Shown here: in pieces, positions 47,776 through 57,615 of the stretch
How the letters are laid out: the number at the start of each line of letters is the position of its first letter
Position numbering within the stretch: position 1 is the stretch's first letter
Origin: a virus
IMG/VR virus record: IMGVR_UViG_3300045988_132810
Span: 64,001 to 128,000 of that record
Direction: 5' to 3' (one strand)
DNA length: 64,000 bases
Notes under the pieces: model-generated
What the model was told of the DNA's origin: nothing
Databases searched by the model: none
The model's input: the letters and a program-made list of their open reading frames with translations, nothing else
Program-made: the position numbers and the translations under genes

Positions 47776-49533
47776 TTAATCATTAAATAGATTTCCATAA
47801 GCCTTTTTCTTTGTAGGCTTGTTGAAATTAATACCAACCTTGCTAATAGGTTTCTTTTCTCCCTTATTCTCAAAAGAGAACTGACCTTTCTTAACAACAT
47901 AATCAGCAAAAATAACTTTTGCCTTCTCTTCAATCTCATCAATAGAATATTTATCAGCGTTTGCCTTTAACTCAGCAAATGTCTCGTCATCACCAAGCAC
48001 TGCATATTCTTCACGAGCAAAGATTTCATCTTTCTTTGCTTTAAGCTCAGAAGCGTCGAAACTATCCTTAAATTCTTTAAGTTTAGCATAATCTGCCTTT
48101 AGAGCTGCAATAGCATCTTTCTCTTCCTGAGTTAGCCATTCACTAAACACTTGAACCTTGTCTTCACCTAGTGCGACATTATCACCGTCAATAGAGTAGC
48201 CACGCTTATAGAATCTACCATCTTCGCCATCCTGATAAATAAAACTATCATTATAAGTCTCAATAATCCAATTCCACCATTCACTCTCAGCGCACATCAG
48301 GTTATAAATGCTATTACGGATATCTTCATGAGACAGCTCCCATGTGAGTGTCATATTACCATTCTCATCAACAGAATACTTTCTTTTGCTTTTAGAAGAT
48401 TCATCGTCATCAATTTCGGTGTCATCATCTTCTCCGTCGTCACCCTTATCATCATCGCCGCCTTCAGAAGGATTTGGGCCTGTAGGATTTTCTTCAGGAT
48501 TTCCGTCGCCACCATCAGGATTCGTTTCACCTTCACTGCCGCTAGCTTCATCACCAGTGTTATCATCGCCACTTCCATCAGAAGTGTCATCAGTACCATC
48601 TTCACCATCAAAATCTTTATTACCAAAATGTTCTGCAAATGCAGCAACAAGATCATCATCACTTAAACCTTCAACTTCAAAATCAATATCATCCATAGTA
48701 ACTTTATACTCTTCCATCAGAGTTTCTAGCTTGTTCATTTCTTCGTTCACTCCTTTCTGATTAAAGTCTTTATTTTGAAACGTAGAAAGCGTATTATTAA
48801 GCTTTTCCAACGCATCAATCAATTTTTCTTGATAATTCTGTGAAAACATACTGTTCTTTTCTCCAAAATCCTCAATTGTAATCTTAGAGCCTTGCATACC
48901 TTCCTCAATAGGAGTTTTGCCATCTTGCTCATAGCCAAGAATTGTCACTCCACGGAAGCCAAACTTGTCAATAGAAAGATAATTCTCTTCCGCATTCCAA
49001 CTCATTTCATCAACCGCAATTTCAACAGAGCACTTGCAAGTTTTATGTCTCTGAAGAATCTCTGCCGCCTTAGAATAATCTTCAAAAACATGACCTTCGA
49101 CCATTAAATAAGTCTTGTCATTTTTCTCGTCGTATTCTAAATATGGCTCCTTTAATTGACTGATAACACCAACTGGCTGCTCAATATACTCTAAATTGCC
49201 ATCTTCATCTATATCAATATCATGTGAATGAAATTCATATTCTCCATTGTCTGCTTTAAAAATTGACCCAAGAATTGGACGCCCTTTGAAAGAATCCATA
49301 TATTGTTTCATTGTATCTTCAGAAATTGAAGAGCCATTACGATTAACACCTATATGACATGCCTTAAGCTTTACATCAAGTAAACCATCTTTGCTAGTAT
49401 CATTAGATTCAAACGATTCAATAGACTGCACAATTAAAGGTTTATTATCATATTCTTTGGAGCTAAACTTAGAAAAATTGTTCTCTTTACAGAATTTATA
49501 TAAATCATCAACTGTATAAAACGTTCTCGGCAT
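47776..49533 (-). CDS. Prohead protease/scaffold-like protein with long acidic low-complexity linker
   Basis: 585 aa, located after the portal. The N-terminal about 200 aa loosely resemble prohead protease architecture (FHSHD...PVGVI...LMVEGHVFED...CSVEI). The central region (about 48340..48670) is rich in D, E and G. The C-terminus is coiled-coil. Confidence 0.4.
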   Translation of the reverse strand: MPRTFYTVDDLYKFCKENNFSKFSSKEYDNKPLIVQSIESFESNDTSKDGLLDVKLKACHIGVNRNGSSISEDTMKQYMDSFKGRPILGSIFKADNGEYEFHSHDIDIDEDGNLEYIEQPVGVISQLKEPYLEYDEKNDKTYLMVEGHVFEDYSKAAEILQRHKTCKCSVEIAVDEMSWNAEENYLSIDKFGFRGVTILGYEQDGKTPIEEGMQGSKITIEDFGEKNSMFSQNYQEKLIDALEKLNNTLSTFQNKDFNQKGVNEEMNKLETLMEEYKVTMDDIDFEVEGLSDDDLVAAFAEHFGNKDFDGEDGTDDTSDGSGDDNTGDEASGSEGETNPDGGDGNPEENPTGPNPSEGGDDDKGDDGEDDDTEIDDDESSKSKRKYSVDENGNMTLTWELSHEDIRNSIYNLMCAESEWWNWIIETYNDSFIYQDGEDGRFYKRGYSIDGDNVALGEDKVQVFSEWLTQEEKDAIAALKADYAKLKEFKDSFDASELKAKKDEIFAREEYAVLGDDETFAELKANADKYSIDEIEEKAKVIFADYVVKKGQFSFENKGEKKPISKVGINFNKPTKKKAYGNLFND

Positions 49534-49584
49534 ATATTCTCCCTCCTTTCATTAAAAGATATCTATGTAATGCTCGGAAGGAGC

Positions 49585-49776
49585 CTACATGCTTAAAATA
49601 TTACTAAAACAATACTTACTTTTATCAATCACGCTAAAATTAAAATGTTTTGGTGGTTGATTTAAAAAAGTGTAAGTATCTCCAATTTGAGATACAAGCT
49701 TAAATTCAGAGGCAATCAAAGATGTCGCTGTTGCTTTATCTTTAGTAACAATAAATTTTTGACTATTGTCTGACAT
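49585..49776 (-). CDS. Hypothetical small protein
   Basis: 63-aa ORF between the portal and the 585-aa gene. Confidence 0.45.
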   Translation of the reverse strand: MSDNSQKFIVTKDKATATSLIASEFKLVSQIGDTYTFLNQPPKHFNFSVIDKSKYCFSNILSM

Positions 49777-49789
49777 ATATATACCTCCT

Positions 49790-51349
49790 TTAATTGGCCT
49801 TATCTCGTTTATCTATACTGGCCTCACCATCGTCTGTCAAATCACCAAGATCCTTAGTCGGAGCTCCACCAGTATCAGAACTACCAGTTTGAGTATAAGT
49901 GCTTTGTAGTGGTACCATCTTTTCATGAAGCTGCAAAATTTCATTTTCAAGATGCAACATTGAATTCATGTCTAACGGACTAACCCCCATTAAAGCAGCA
50001 AGTTGCGTCTTCATGGGAAGTCCTAATGTACAAGCTTCCTTTACATTTTTAATAACTTCATCTTTCAAATAAGGGCTCACTTGCATATACTTTAAACGCA
50101 TACCATTGTCTGGCAAAACATAATCTAAAAACATATTAACTCTTGCCTCTATTTGCCACAATAGAGGTTTTTGTATGAACAATGCATCAAATCTCATTGC
50201 TGCAGTGACAGCGGTAGAACCAGTCAATTTTGAATTGTCCATAATTTGACTCACGCCCGCAGACTCCCACAAATTCTTATTTGCCTTTGAGATACTATTT
50301 GTCTCATCAGTTGCATCTTTATCAAAAGTAATTGGCTCAATTTTCATAGGAGACAACGCGAGACCAATTTCTTCTGGAAGTATTTGATTGATTTTATTAT
50401 AAAAATCTACTGCCAAATCAAGACTTACTGCAAAATCATCTGGATTGGTAGTGTTGGATAGAGTATCAATCTCCGCAACAAGCAATTTATAAATAGAAAG
50501 TTTATCTTTAACACTTGTAATACCACGAAGGTCAATCAAATCAATAATGTCTTCAAATAGACTAGCAAATGGAGGAATAACCCTATCCAATTGATCATAA
50601 TCCATTTTAAAAACAACTGTTCTTTCTGGATCAAGCTCTGCCCATCTTTGCTTGCTGTCCTTTTGATACGCATTATAACCAGTTGTAAATTCTTTGTCCC
50701 AATAATCAAGATATACTTTATTGGCAGAACTATCAAAATATGAAAAGTCAAATGCACAATTAAGAGTTCCATTATAATTAACAGAACTTATTTTACAATA
50801 ATCTGCATTCAAAGGAACAATTATAAAAGAGTTCCTATCTTGTTCCTCTCCATCTTCATAATAAATATATCCATAGAAGCAATCTTCTCTAAGGCATGCA
50901 GTCAAAATGCCATGAATTTGTCCTTGCATATTCATTTTTTCAATCCACTTTAAAGTAGACTCATAATTCTGAAGAATCTTTTCATCGTCATTGTCCTCTG
51001 TCATAGAGACATTAGGAATCACATTATATGCAGTTAAATCAATATGCGTAGCAAAATATGCAATAATTCTTCTATATTGCGCACTCAAAACGTATAAAAA
51101 TTGGCTTAACTGTCTTAGATTTTTCTGGTTTGTATCAGTAAGTGGGTTCTTTAAATATGTTCTAAGTGAATCCTTAGAATATACTGTATATGTTTTACTC
51201 GGAGGATTTTGTAAATCCAATAATTGCAATGCTGCCTTTGCAGCCTGTTTAAACTGCTCAATTTGCTGTTGTTTAGCGGTGAAATCCGCTATTTCTTTAA
51301 TTGAATGTTCTGTTCCATGAGAAACTGTGTTCTTCTGTTCTGTTGGCAA
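49790..51349 (-). CDS. Portal protein candidate
   Basis: 519-aa ORF immediately downstream of TerL. Size and position are typical of a portal. Confidence 0.65.
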   Translation of the reverse strand: MPTEQKNTVSHGTEHSIKEIADFTAKQQQIEQFKQAAKAALQLLDLQNPPSKTYTVYSKDSLRTYLKNPLTDTNQKNLRQLSQFLYVLSAQYRRIIAYFATHIDLTAYNVIPNVSMTEDNDDEKILQNYESTLKWIEKMNMQGQIHGILTACLREDCFYGYIYYEDGEEQDRNSFIIVPLNADYCKISSVNYNGTLNCAFDFSYFDSSANKVYLDYWDKEFTTGYNAYQKDSKQRWAELDPERTVVFKMDYDQLDRVIPPFASLFEDIIDLIDLRGITSVKDKLSIYKLLVAEIDTLSNTTNPDDFAVSLDLAVDFYNKINQILPEEIGLALSPMKIEPITFDKDATDETNSISKANKNLWESAGVSQIMDNSKLTGSTAVTAAMRFDALFIQKPLLWQIEARVNMFLDYVLPDNGMRLKYMQVSPYLKDEVIKNVKEACTLGLPMKTQLAALMGVSPLDMNSMLHLENEILQLHEKMVPLQSTYTQTGSSDTGGAPTKDLGDLTDDGEASIDKRDKAN

Positions 51350-51366
51350 TTATTTCACCGCCTTTC

Positions 51367-53406
51367 TTAATTAAATAAGCTGCCGGGTTTTTGAGGTGCT
51401 CGAATCTTAAATTGATCAAGCATATTTGCGCTACTAGGGCGCTTCTTATTAACGAGATGATCTCTTCTAAGCAATTGAAGCAAATATGCAGCCATAGCAC
51501 AGACATATGCTCGGTCATCATTAAGTTTTGAGCCCGGTGGGAGATCAAATCTATCACCGCCAGAAGATTGTTTAAACCTATAAATATTAACAAGCTCAGT
51601 TTTCATTGCATCGATTTGCTTCAATGCGATCTCTTCATCTTGATCTAAATTATATTGTTCTCTGACAATTTGAATGCCAGATTTCTCTAATGATTTTACT
51701 TCTTTATCAGTTGGCTCTTTATATCTTGGGATTTTTTCTCCTGTCTTTGTATTTAAATCATACATAACAGTAATGTAACCTCTATTGTCATATTCCATTG
51801 GCCACTCAATCAAATTCATATCCATCATTTCAATAAGAGCTCTAAACATCTCAACTTTATATTTAGTAGGTTGAATAAGTCTCATCTTGTTAGGAATTGC
51901 ATTAGGGTATAGCCTTACTTCCTCTGGACTATATTCTTTATCAATCATCCCCCTATGCATAATGCCATTATCATCTTCCCAGTCTTCCCAAAAAAAGTCA
52001 CTAATGTTAACACCTGCTCCTCCTGAACCCGCATCAATCCAAAATCCTAAAATATTCTCGTAATCGGCAACGCCTTCACCATTATAAGCAAGTAGAAGTT
52101 TTTTTACTTCTTTTATCTGATTTGGCGTGGTCATAGGAGTCTTATGTTTTTTCATGACATTTAATAAGTTAACAACATTTTGTATTTTCATTTTCCAGCC
52201 AACCACTGGATCATCAATATACTCTGCACACAATACGACAGAGTTATCTTTTGCTCTGGCACTATCGAAGAGAAGAGCCCATTTGCTATTTACATCATCA
52301 CTTCTTAATTTTGGAGGACGAGGCACAGAGTTCCTAATAATAGTAGCTCTTTTAATTGCCTGCCCATCTCCGCCTTCAGAAGTAAAAATATTTTTATATT
52401 CTCTTAAAGCAGCTTCCTTATCTTCCCGCATGGCTTGGTCTACCTTTTCTTGTGTCAGAAGAGGAACTGGCCAAATTTTACCATGCATTGTTGCTCCAAT
52501 AACTACATCACTAGAGATGTCTGCACAAAAATATCTTTTATCTCCAGCAAACATTTTAATAGAGAACTCTCTATACTTCTTAAAGAAATATTGGTCTGTA
52601 CGACCTGCTGAAGAACAATATAATAGCTGGTTAGGAAATGGCGTCGGCTCTGCTAATAAATCTTCCGCACTAAACCCCCTACCAGCTTTAAACTCTGAGT
52701 TCTGTGTAGTAAACGGCTCTGATGTATGAAATAATTCATCCGGTGCATTCATCGCCTCATCATATACGTTCAAATTTGAACGCTTAGATCTGTTATTGTC
52801 AAAATTACCATTCAAAGTAAAACATTGAGCTCCACCATAAGTCCTTACCGTATATGAAGCAGGATTATGAACCCATCCATTTGAATTTGCCTGAGATCTT
52901 ACTACATTACTTTGAAAAATATCATTTAAGTTTGTGAATGACGATATGTTTTTCAAAGCAAACGCTTCCATTTTTAGAAACATCTCAATACTTTGCGAAC
53001 CAACGCCTGCAAGGATATATGCCTTAAAATTGGGTATAAGCATCATCTTATCCATAACAAACAAAGATGCTAGAATGCTTTTACCACCATTTCTCGAACA
53101 TGCCCAGACAGAGAATGGAGTAGTCCATGTGGAATCAAAGCAATATCTTTGATAATCTAACAACTGAACATTAAATATCTCCTCAGCAAACCTCGTTGGA
53201 TTTCTTCTTCCCCATTGTAAAAATTCTGCAAGCTCAAGTTTTTCGTTATATTTTTTTGTCGTCATTTCATATAGATTTGGACGAACAAATGGATGGTCAT
53301 ATCCATAGTCTTCAATGATATCATCAAAAGTTTTATAATCTTTAATCAAATCTTCATTATAAAGCAAAATATCACTCATCTTCGACCACCCGACCATTTT
53401 CATCAA
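51367..53406 (-). CDS. terL: Terminase large subunit
   Basis: Walker A-like WACSRNGGKS, Walker B-like LNVYDEA, and a C-terminal nuclease-like region. The protein is 679 aa. The true start may be ATG 53379 (MSDILLY). Confidence 0.85.
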   Translation of the reverse strand: MMKMVGWSKMSDILLYNEDLIKDYKTFDDIIEDYGYDHPFVRPNLYEMTTKKYNEKLELAEFLQWGRRNPTRFAEEIFNVQLLDYQRYCFDSTWTTPFSVWACSRNGGKSILASLFVMDKMMLIPNFKAYILAGVGSQSIEMFLKMEAFALKNISSFTNLNDIFQSNVVRSQANSNGWVHNPASYTVRTYGGAQCFTLNGNFDNNRSKRSNLNVYDEAMNAPDELFHTSEPFTTQNSEFKAGRGFSAEDLLAEPTPFPNQLLYCSSAGRTDQYFFKKYREFSIKMFAGDKRYFCADISSDVVIGATMHGKIWPVPLLTQEKVDQAMREDKEAALREYKNIFTSEGGDGQAIKRATIIRNSVPRPPKLRSDDVNSKWALLFDSARAKDNSVVLCAEYIDDPVVGWKMKIQNVVNLLNVMKKHKTPMTTPNQIKEVKKLLLAYNGEGVADYENILGFWIDAGSGGAGVNISDFFWEDWEDDNGIMHRGMIDKEYSPEEVRLYPNAIPNKMRLIQPTKYKVEMFRALIEMMDMNLIEWPMEYDNRGYITVMYDLNTKTGEKIPRYKEPTDKEVKSLEKSGIQIVREQYNLDQDEEIALKQIDAMKTELVNIYRFKQSSGGDRFDLPPGSKLNDDRAYVCAMAAYLLQLLRRDHLVNKKRPSSANMLDQFKIRAPQKPGSLFN

Positions 53407-54568
53407 TTAAACCTTTTTCTTTTAAAAAGTCTTTTAAATCTTTATTCTCAACAAGCAGCACTCTTGCTCTTTCTACAGCTTTATCTCTTTCTTTTTGTAG
53501 ACTGTCTACTAAGTCTCTTCTAATTCCTTGTATCTCATCCATAACATTTTCATCAAATCCAATTTGGTCAATCTGCGCTTTTGCACTAATTTCCGCAACT
53601 TGTTGCATGCCCCTGCAATAATCAATATCATATGTATTAATTTTTGCATCTCTAAAACCTATTAAGTCTAACTCCCTCATCTTTCCAGTAAGAGTATTTT
53701 GCCCTTTGCTTTTAGAGTTGTTAAAGTTAACGGATATACCATTATCCTTTGCTAATGAATTAGCGCCACTTAATAATTTTGATATTGTGTCTGCATGTTG
53801 CTTAATAATACCATTATTGTTGTTTAATTTTGAAACATTAGAAGAAAGACCATCAATAGCGTCGTTTATTTTTTGTATCTGATTAAAAGCTTTCACTATT
53901 TGAATAACAGCATTCATTTTCATGCCATCATTTTTGGTTTCATCATCAATAAAACTAATTAGCTGCGCATAAAGAACTGGCTTGTCCTCTTCAATTGGGT
54001 AGTTTGCAAACGGATCATATCCAATCATTCTAATTGCATCTTTACGATTAATTGCATACTCTTGCTCAATTTCTCGTTTGCGGTCATCAGTAATAGTATA
54101 TGTATCAGATTTGTCTGATGACAAATCTACCTTTTTTCCTATATCCCCATCATGCCACCTTAACGTCTTATACTGAGGTAATGAACAAATATTTTTAATA
54201 TATGCTTCCCATGTATCTGAATGAAGACTTTTATTGCTAGGGTCATTACTTTCTACATAACTTGAATTAAACAGCCTCTCAAGAAATGGTTTGTCTAAGC
54301 GTTCAAGCGCTTCAACAATTGACTCTTTAGTGCAATCTCCATATCGACCAGTTTTTGCATCATAATTCCTTGCAATTTTTTTTGCGCATTCCTTACACAT
54401 GCTTGTAACACCAGTTTTTACTAACGGATCTGTACTCACATAGTATTCAGACCTTTTCTTCATCGTATTACAATAAGGACAAAGGTAGCTAGGTTCTTCA
54501 ACAATTGGCTTACCAGCTTTTTTTGCCGCAGTCGGTTTTCTTCCAGATTTCTTTGCAGTAGTTGCCAT
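53372..54568 (-). CDS. Basic zinc-ribbon protein upstream of TerL (possible small terminase/DNA-recognition subunit)
   Basis: The N-terminus is Lys-rich (KKSGRKPTAAKKAGKP), followed by CPYC...CKEC. The gene overlaps the terL start. The call rests on position. Confidence 0.35.
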   Translation of the reverse strand: MATTAKKSGRKPTAAKKAGKPIVEEPSYLCPYCNTMKKRSEYYVSTDPLVKTGVTSMCKECAKKIARNYDAKTGRYGDCTKESIVEALERLDKPFLERLFNSSYVESNDPSNKSLHSDTWEAYIKNICSLPQYKTLRWHDGDIGKKVDLSSDKSDTYTITDDRKREIEQEYAINRKDAIRMIGYDPFANYPIEEDKPVLYAQLISFIDDETKNDGMKMNAVIQIVKAFNQIQKINDAIDGLSSNVSKLNNNNGIIKQHADTISKLLSGANSLAKDNGISVNFNNSKSKGQNTLTGKMRELDLIGFRDAKINTYDIDYCRGMQQVAEISAKAQIDQIGFDENVMDEIQGIRRDLVDSLQKERDKAVERARVLLVENKDLKDFLKEKGLIDENGRVVEDE

Positions 54569-54608
54569 CCCATTCTCACTTCCTTTGTATCTTATTGAGC
54601 AGAATTAA

Positions 54609-54833
54609 TTATTCTACTGCTGTATTTTTAGCTGCCTTAATTTGTTCATTGATTTCTGACATCGCCTCGTTAAATTTTTCATCTTTAACAAATACGAATA
54701 CCGTCTTGTCCTTTGGGTTCTCCTTTGACGGCTTTAAATCACAAATAGTACATCCTATTTTAAGAAGATGTCTGGCTATTCCTGCATTAAATACTAATTT
54801 GCAATCATGTTTAATTATTTCTTTGTTTTCCAT
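54609..54833 (-). CDS. Hypothetical small protein (DUF5659-like)
   Basis: 74-aa ORF. The resemblance to the DUF5659 family rests on memory alone. Confidence 0.4.
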   Translation of the reverse strand: MENKEIIKHDCKLVFNAGIARHLLKIGCTICDLKPSKENPKDKTVFVFVKDEKFNEAMSEINEQIKAAKNTAVE

Positions 54834-54919
54834 ATTTTAATTGTCCTTTCCAATTATTTTCTAAATCTTTCCAATAGTTTGTTCATTTTGTACCTCTTAT
54901 AACTATAACTTTGCATTAC

Positions 54920-56116
54920 TTAAAGCTTGATATTATAAGTACAAATTTTACCGTCTTCTTTGTCAAAAATACACAAAGTTTGAGCAGGATTTGCATATAA
55001 TCTTTTATTATTCGCATAATCGTCAGTTCCGCATAAAGAACTCACCATTACGTTATCAATTCCATAAGAATCAATTGTTTCCGAATGATGTTTATCACCA
55101 GAAAATACATACTCAACATCAAGTCCATATTTTTTTCCAAACAATGTGTGCATATCCACGCCAAGCTTCCCAAAGCGTTCTAGATCTCCATGAACCGCAA
55201 CAACATCGTGGTCAAGCACATTAAATGAAATAAACTCATTAATATTGTTGTCTAAAACATAAACTTTCTCATTTTGTGAAAGCCTTTGATTGATCCACCA
55301 TTGAATGATTTTCTCCATATTATCAGAATGAATGCTATCATTCTTGTTTTGAACAGATCTTGCATGATTCCCATATGTAGAATAGACATACACACAATTT
55401 ACGTATTGTGATAATGAGCTAATAAGCTCTGCAAGAAGTTCAGAAACCTCCATTAATTGGTCGCATGTATCCTCTTCTGACGCAACACGTGCACCAGTAT
55501 GTATACACCCATGGATAAAGTCTCCTAAAAGCACAATATGAAGCTTATTAATATTATTTACCCTCAAATACTTAATTGCCTTATTAAATAAAATATTAAC
55601 ACGCTCTACACATGTTTCGACGTCATATTTGTTCCAAATATTATTAGTAACCATGCCATAATGCCAATCTGTTAAAACTAAAACCGCTTCATTCTTTGCT
55701 TCAACAAATGACTCGTTATTAGAATTTAATAATTTACTTGAATTTAAATTGTCTGCTGCTTCAATTAATTTCTCGGTCAGATGTTCAGCTCTTGCATCAC
55801 TCGTTAGCAGCTTATTATATTCTCTTCTTTGATCTTGAAATTGTTTTTTTGCCTTATAAAGTTCATCAGTTTGTCTCTGAATCTCCTTAAGATATTCATC
55901 ATCAGAGAAAACCTGTTTTTCACACGCCTTCAATCCATGTTGAAACATCTGATATTTCTTACGATAAGCACTCTCACCAAAATTTTGGTTTAATGCGGTA
56001 TTAATAATGTCGGCAATTTGCTGCCATGTCATCCCAGAAGACTGCTTCATCGAACAAATTCTATAGATATATTGTTCTTCGCTTTCTTTTTCAGGATTAA
56101 AATTAATTATCTCCAT
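54920..56116 (-). CDS. Calcineurin-like metallophosphoesterase with N-terminal helical domain
   Basis: The ordered motifs LTDWHYG, LLGDFIHG, YGNHAR, VHGD and SGDKHH match the Metallophos signature. Confidence 0.75.
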   Translation of the reverse strand: MEIINFNPEKESEEQYIYRICSMKQSSGMTWQQIADIINTALNQNFGESAYRKKYQMFQHGLKACEKQVFSDDEYLKEIQRQTDELYKAKKQFQDQRREYNKLLTSDARAEHLTEKLIEAADNLNSSKLLNSNNESFVEAKNEAVLVLTDWHYGMVTNNIWNKYDVETCVERVNILFNKAIKYLRVNNINKLHIVLLGDFIHGCIHTGARVASEEDTCDQLMEVSELLAELISSLSQYVNCVYVYSTYGNHARSVQNKNDSIHSDNMEKIIQWWINQRLSQNEKVYVLDNNINEFISFNVLDHDVVAVHGDLERFGKLGVDMHTLFGKKYGLDVEYVFSGDKHHSETIDSYGIDNVMVSSLCGTDDYANNKRLYANPAQTLCIFDKEDGKICTYNIKL

Positions 56117-56128
56117 CTGCTTCGTCCT

Positions 56129-56156
56129 TTCTCTTATATAAAAAAGACGAGGATTA
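56129..56156 (-). terminator. Rho-independent terminator overlapping the HU gene stop
   Basis: The minus strand reads CGAGGA-AUAA-UCCUCG followed by UCUUUUUUAU. Confidence 0.65.
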
Positions 56157-56474
56157 TTCCTCGCCTTCTCTATTACATAATTCTCTAATTTTTAGTTGAT
56201 ATGCCTGTGTAAACTTGGCACGTGGATAAATGTGGTCTTCACTAACTGTCTTTTCGCCAGTTCTTGGCTTAACAGTTTCCTTCCCACCATAAAACTTCGC
56301 CTCAATATTAAGCCCCTCAAATAGTTTAATAACTGGCAAATCATCTGGCGTCGCATGCGATAAAATATCTGTAATTACTGCAAAAGTACCTCTATAAATA
56401 TCCTTTACTGCACCTTGGTAATATCCAGACTCCTTTGCAACCATTTTAACTAGATCATTCTGTTTATAAATCAT
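56154..56474 (-). CDS. HU/IHF-family DNA-binding protein
   Basis: NDLVKMVAKESG...AVKDIYRGTFAVITDIL...IKLFEGLNIEAKF...KPRTGEKTVSEDHIYPRAKF fits the HU fold pattern (beta-arm R..TGE). The protein is 106 aa. Confidence 0.7.
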   Translation of the reverse strand: MIYKQNDLVKMVAKESGYYQGAVKDIYRGTFAVITDILSHATPDDLPVIKLFEGLNIEAKFYGGKETVKPRTGEKTVSEDHIYPRAKFTQAYQLKIRELCNREGEE

Positions 56475-56498
56475 TGTAATCTTCCTTTCTCGTATTTT

Positions 56499-56678
56499 TT
56501 ATCTGATGTCAATAGTTCTTGTAACGGTTAAAGTAATTAATTCACCATCAAGTTCTTTTAATAATTCTGATAGCGAAGCAGTCTTCCCGTCACTAAGAAA
56601 TTCTATCTGTGTATCATTTTTATTAATGTCTAAATAACCACACAATTTAATTTCTGTAGTCTTTAAAGCATCATTCAT
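56499..56678 (-). CDS. Unlisted 59-aa ORF, paralog of the adjacent 62-aa gene
   Basis: Hand translation: MNDALKTTEIKLCGYLDINKNDTQIEFLSDGKTASLSELLKELDGELITLTVTRTIDIR. Its ATG overlaps the upstream TGA (ATGA). It falls below the 60-aa cutoff of the track. It shares the (V/A)SLSEL(F/L) core with 56675..56863. Confidence 0.55.
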   Translation of the reverse strand: MNDALKTTEIKLCGYLDINKNDTQIEFLSDGKTASLSELLKELDGELITLTVTRTIDIR

Positions 56679-56863
56679 GAAAGTTCCTCGCCATATGCAA
56701 TGCTAAGTTTAACATCTTTATCTGCAAAATCTACAAAGAGCTCTGATAGTGATACGACATCTCCCGTATCATCATTTTCAACAAAAACTTCGTCATTATT
56801 AATACGAAGGATCCCACTTGCCTGAATTGTATACTTACTCTGAATCTTAGCTGCCATAATCAT
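56675..56863 (-). CDS. Hypothetical small protein
   Basis: 62-aa ORF with the ribosome-binding site AAAGGAGAAAAATG. Confidence 0.55.
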   Translation of the reverse strand: MIMAAKIQSKYTIQASGILRINNDEVFVENDDTGDVVSLSELFVDFADKDVKLSIAYGEELS

Positions 56864-56887
56864 TTTTCTCCTTTATTGCTTTTATTT

Positions 56888-57601
56888 TTATCCTTGAAGC
56901 TCATCAGCCCAAGAGCTGACAATACCTCTATGATTAGTATTTAGCTCACAAATTTGTGCATAGTCTTTGTCCTTAAAATGCTCAATATATTTTACAAATC
57001 CGCTATTTTCTGGATGATGGTACAAATCACATTGTCCACTATGCCCAATTACGATTGTCTTAGATGTATCAGAAATTCTGGTTAATACTTTTTTTAACTC
57101 ATCAACATACATGTTTTGAGTTTCTTCAATAATAACCACTTTATTTTCTAGGTTGCATCCTCTTAAATAGACGTGAGAGATACAATCAATATATCCAGTG
57201 CCATTCTTTTGGTTTTCTACACCCTCCTGAATGACTGCAGTATATGGGTTAATCCCTAACTTTATCAAAGCATCATATAGTGGAGCGGTATAAATAGAAA
57301 TTTTTTCATCAGCACTGCCGGGAAGAAATCCAAGTTTTTCTTCCTGTACAGGACTAACTATATAAACGATTCCATCATAAACATTATGCTGAACCAAAAG
57401 ATTTGCTGTAGCAACTGCCATTAAAGTCTTACCAGTACCTGCTTTTGCATTTGCAAAAATAATTAACTTTTCTGGATTTAAAATGGCATTTACAAATTCT
57501 TTCTGTTCCTCGTCTAATAAAATACCATAAAATGGATGACCATCAATGTTCTTTGGAACGTCCCCATATTCATTTACAACATTCTTTCTCTTAGTTGCCA
57601 T
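56888..57601 (-). CDS. phoH: PhoH-like ATPase
   Basis: Walker A AKAGTGKT, and VVIIEETQNMYVDELKKVLTRISDTSKTIVIGHSGQCD matches the PhoH (PF02562) core. Start moved to ATG 57601 (MATKRKN), preceded by GGAGG. Confidence 0.85.
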   Translation of the reverse strand: MATKRKNVVNEYGDVPKNIDGHPFYGILLDEEQKEFVNAILNPEKLIIFANAKAGTGKTLMAVATANLLVQHNVYDGIVYIVSPVQEEKLGFLPGSADEKISIYTAPLYDALIKLGINPYTAVIQEGVENQKNGTGYIDCISHVYLRGCNLENKVVIIEETQNMYVDELKKVLTRISDTSKTIVIGHSGQCDLYHHPENSGFVKYIEHFKDKDYAQICELNTNHRGIVSSWADELQG

Positions 57602-57615
57602 ATAGACCTCCAAAT

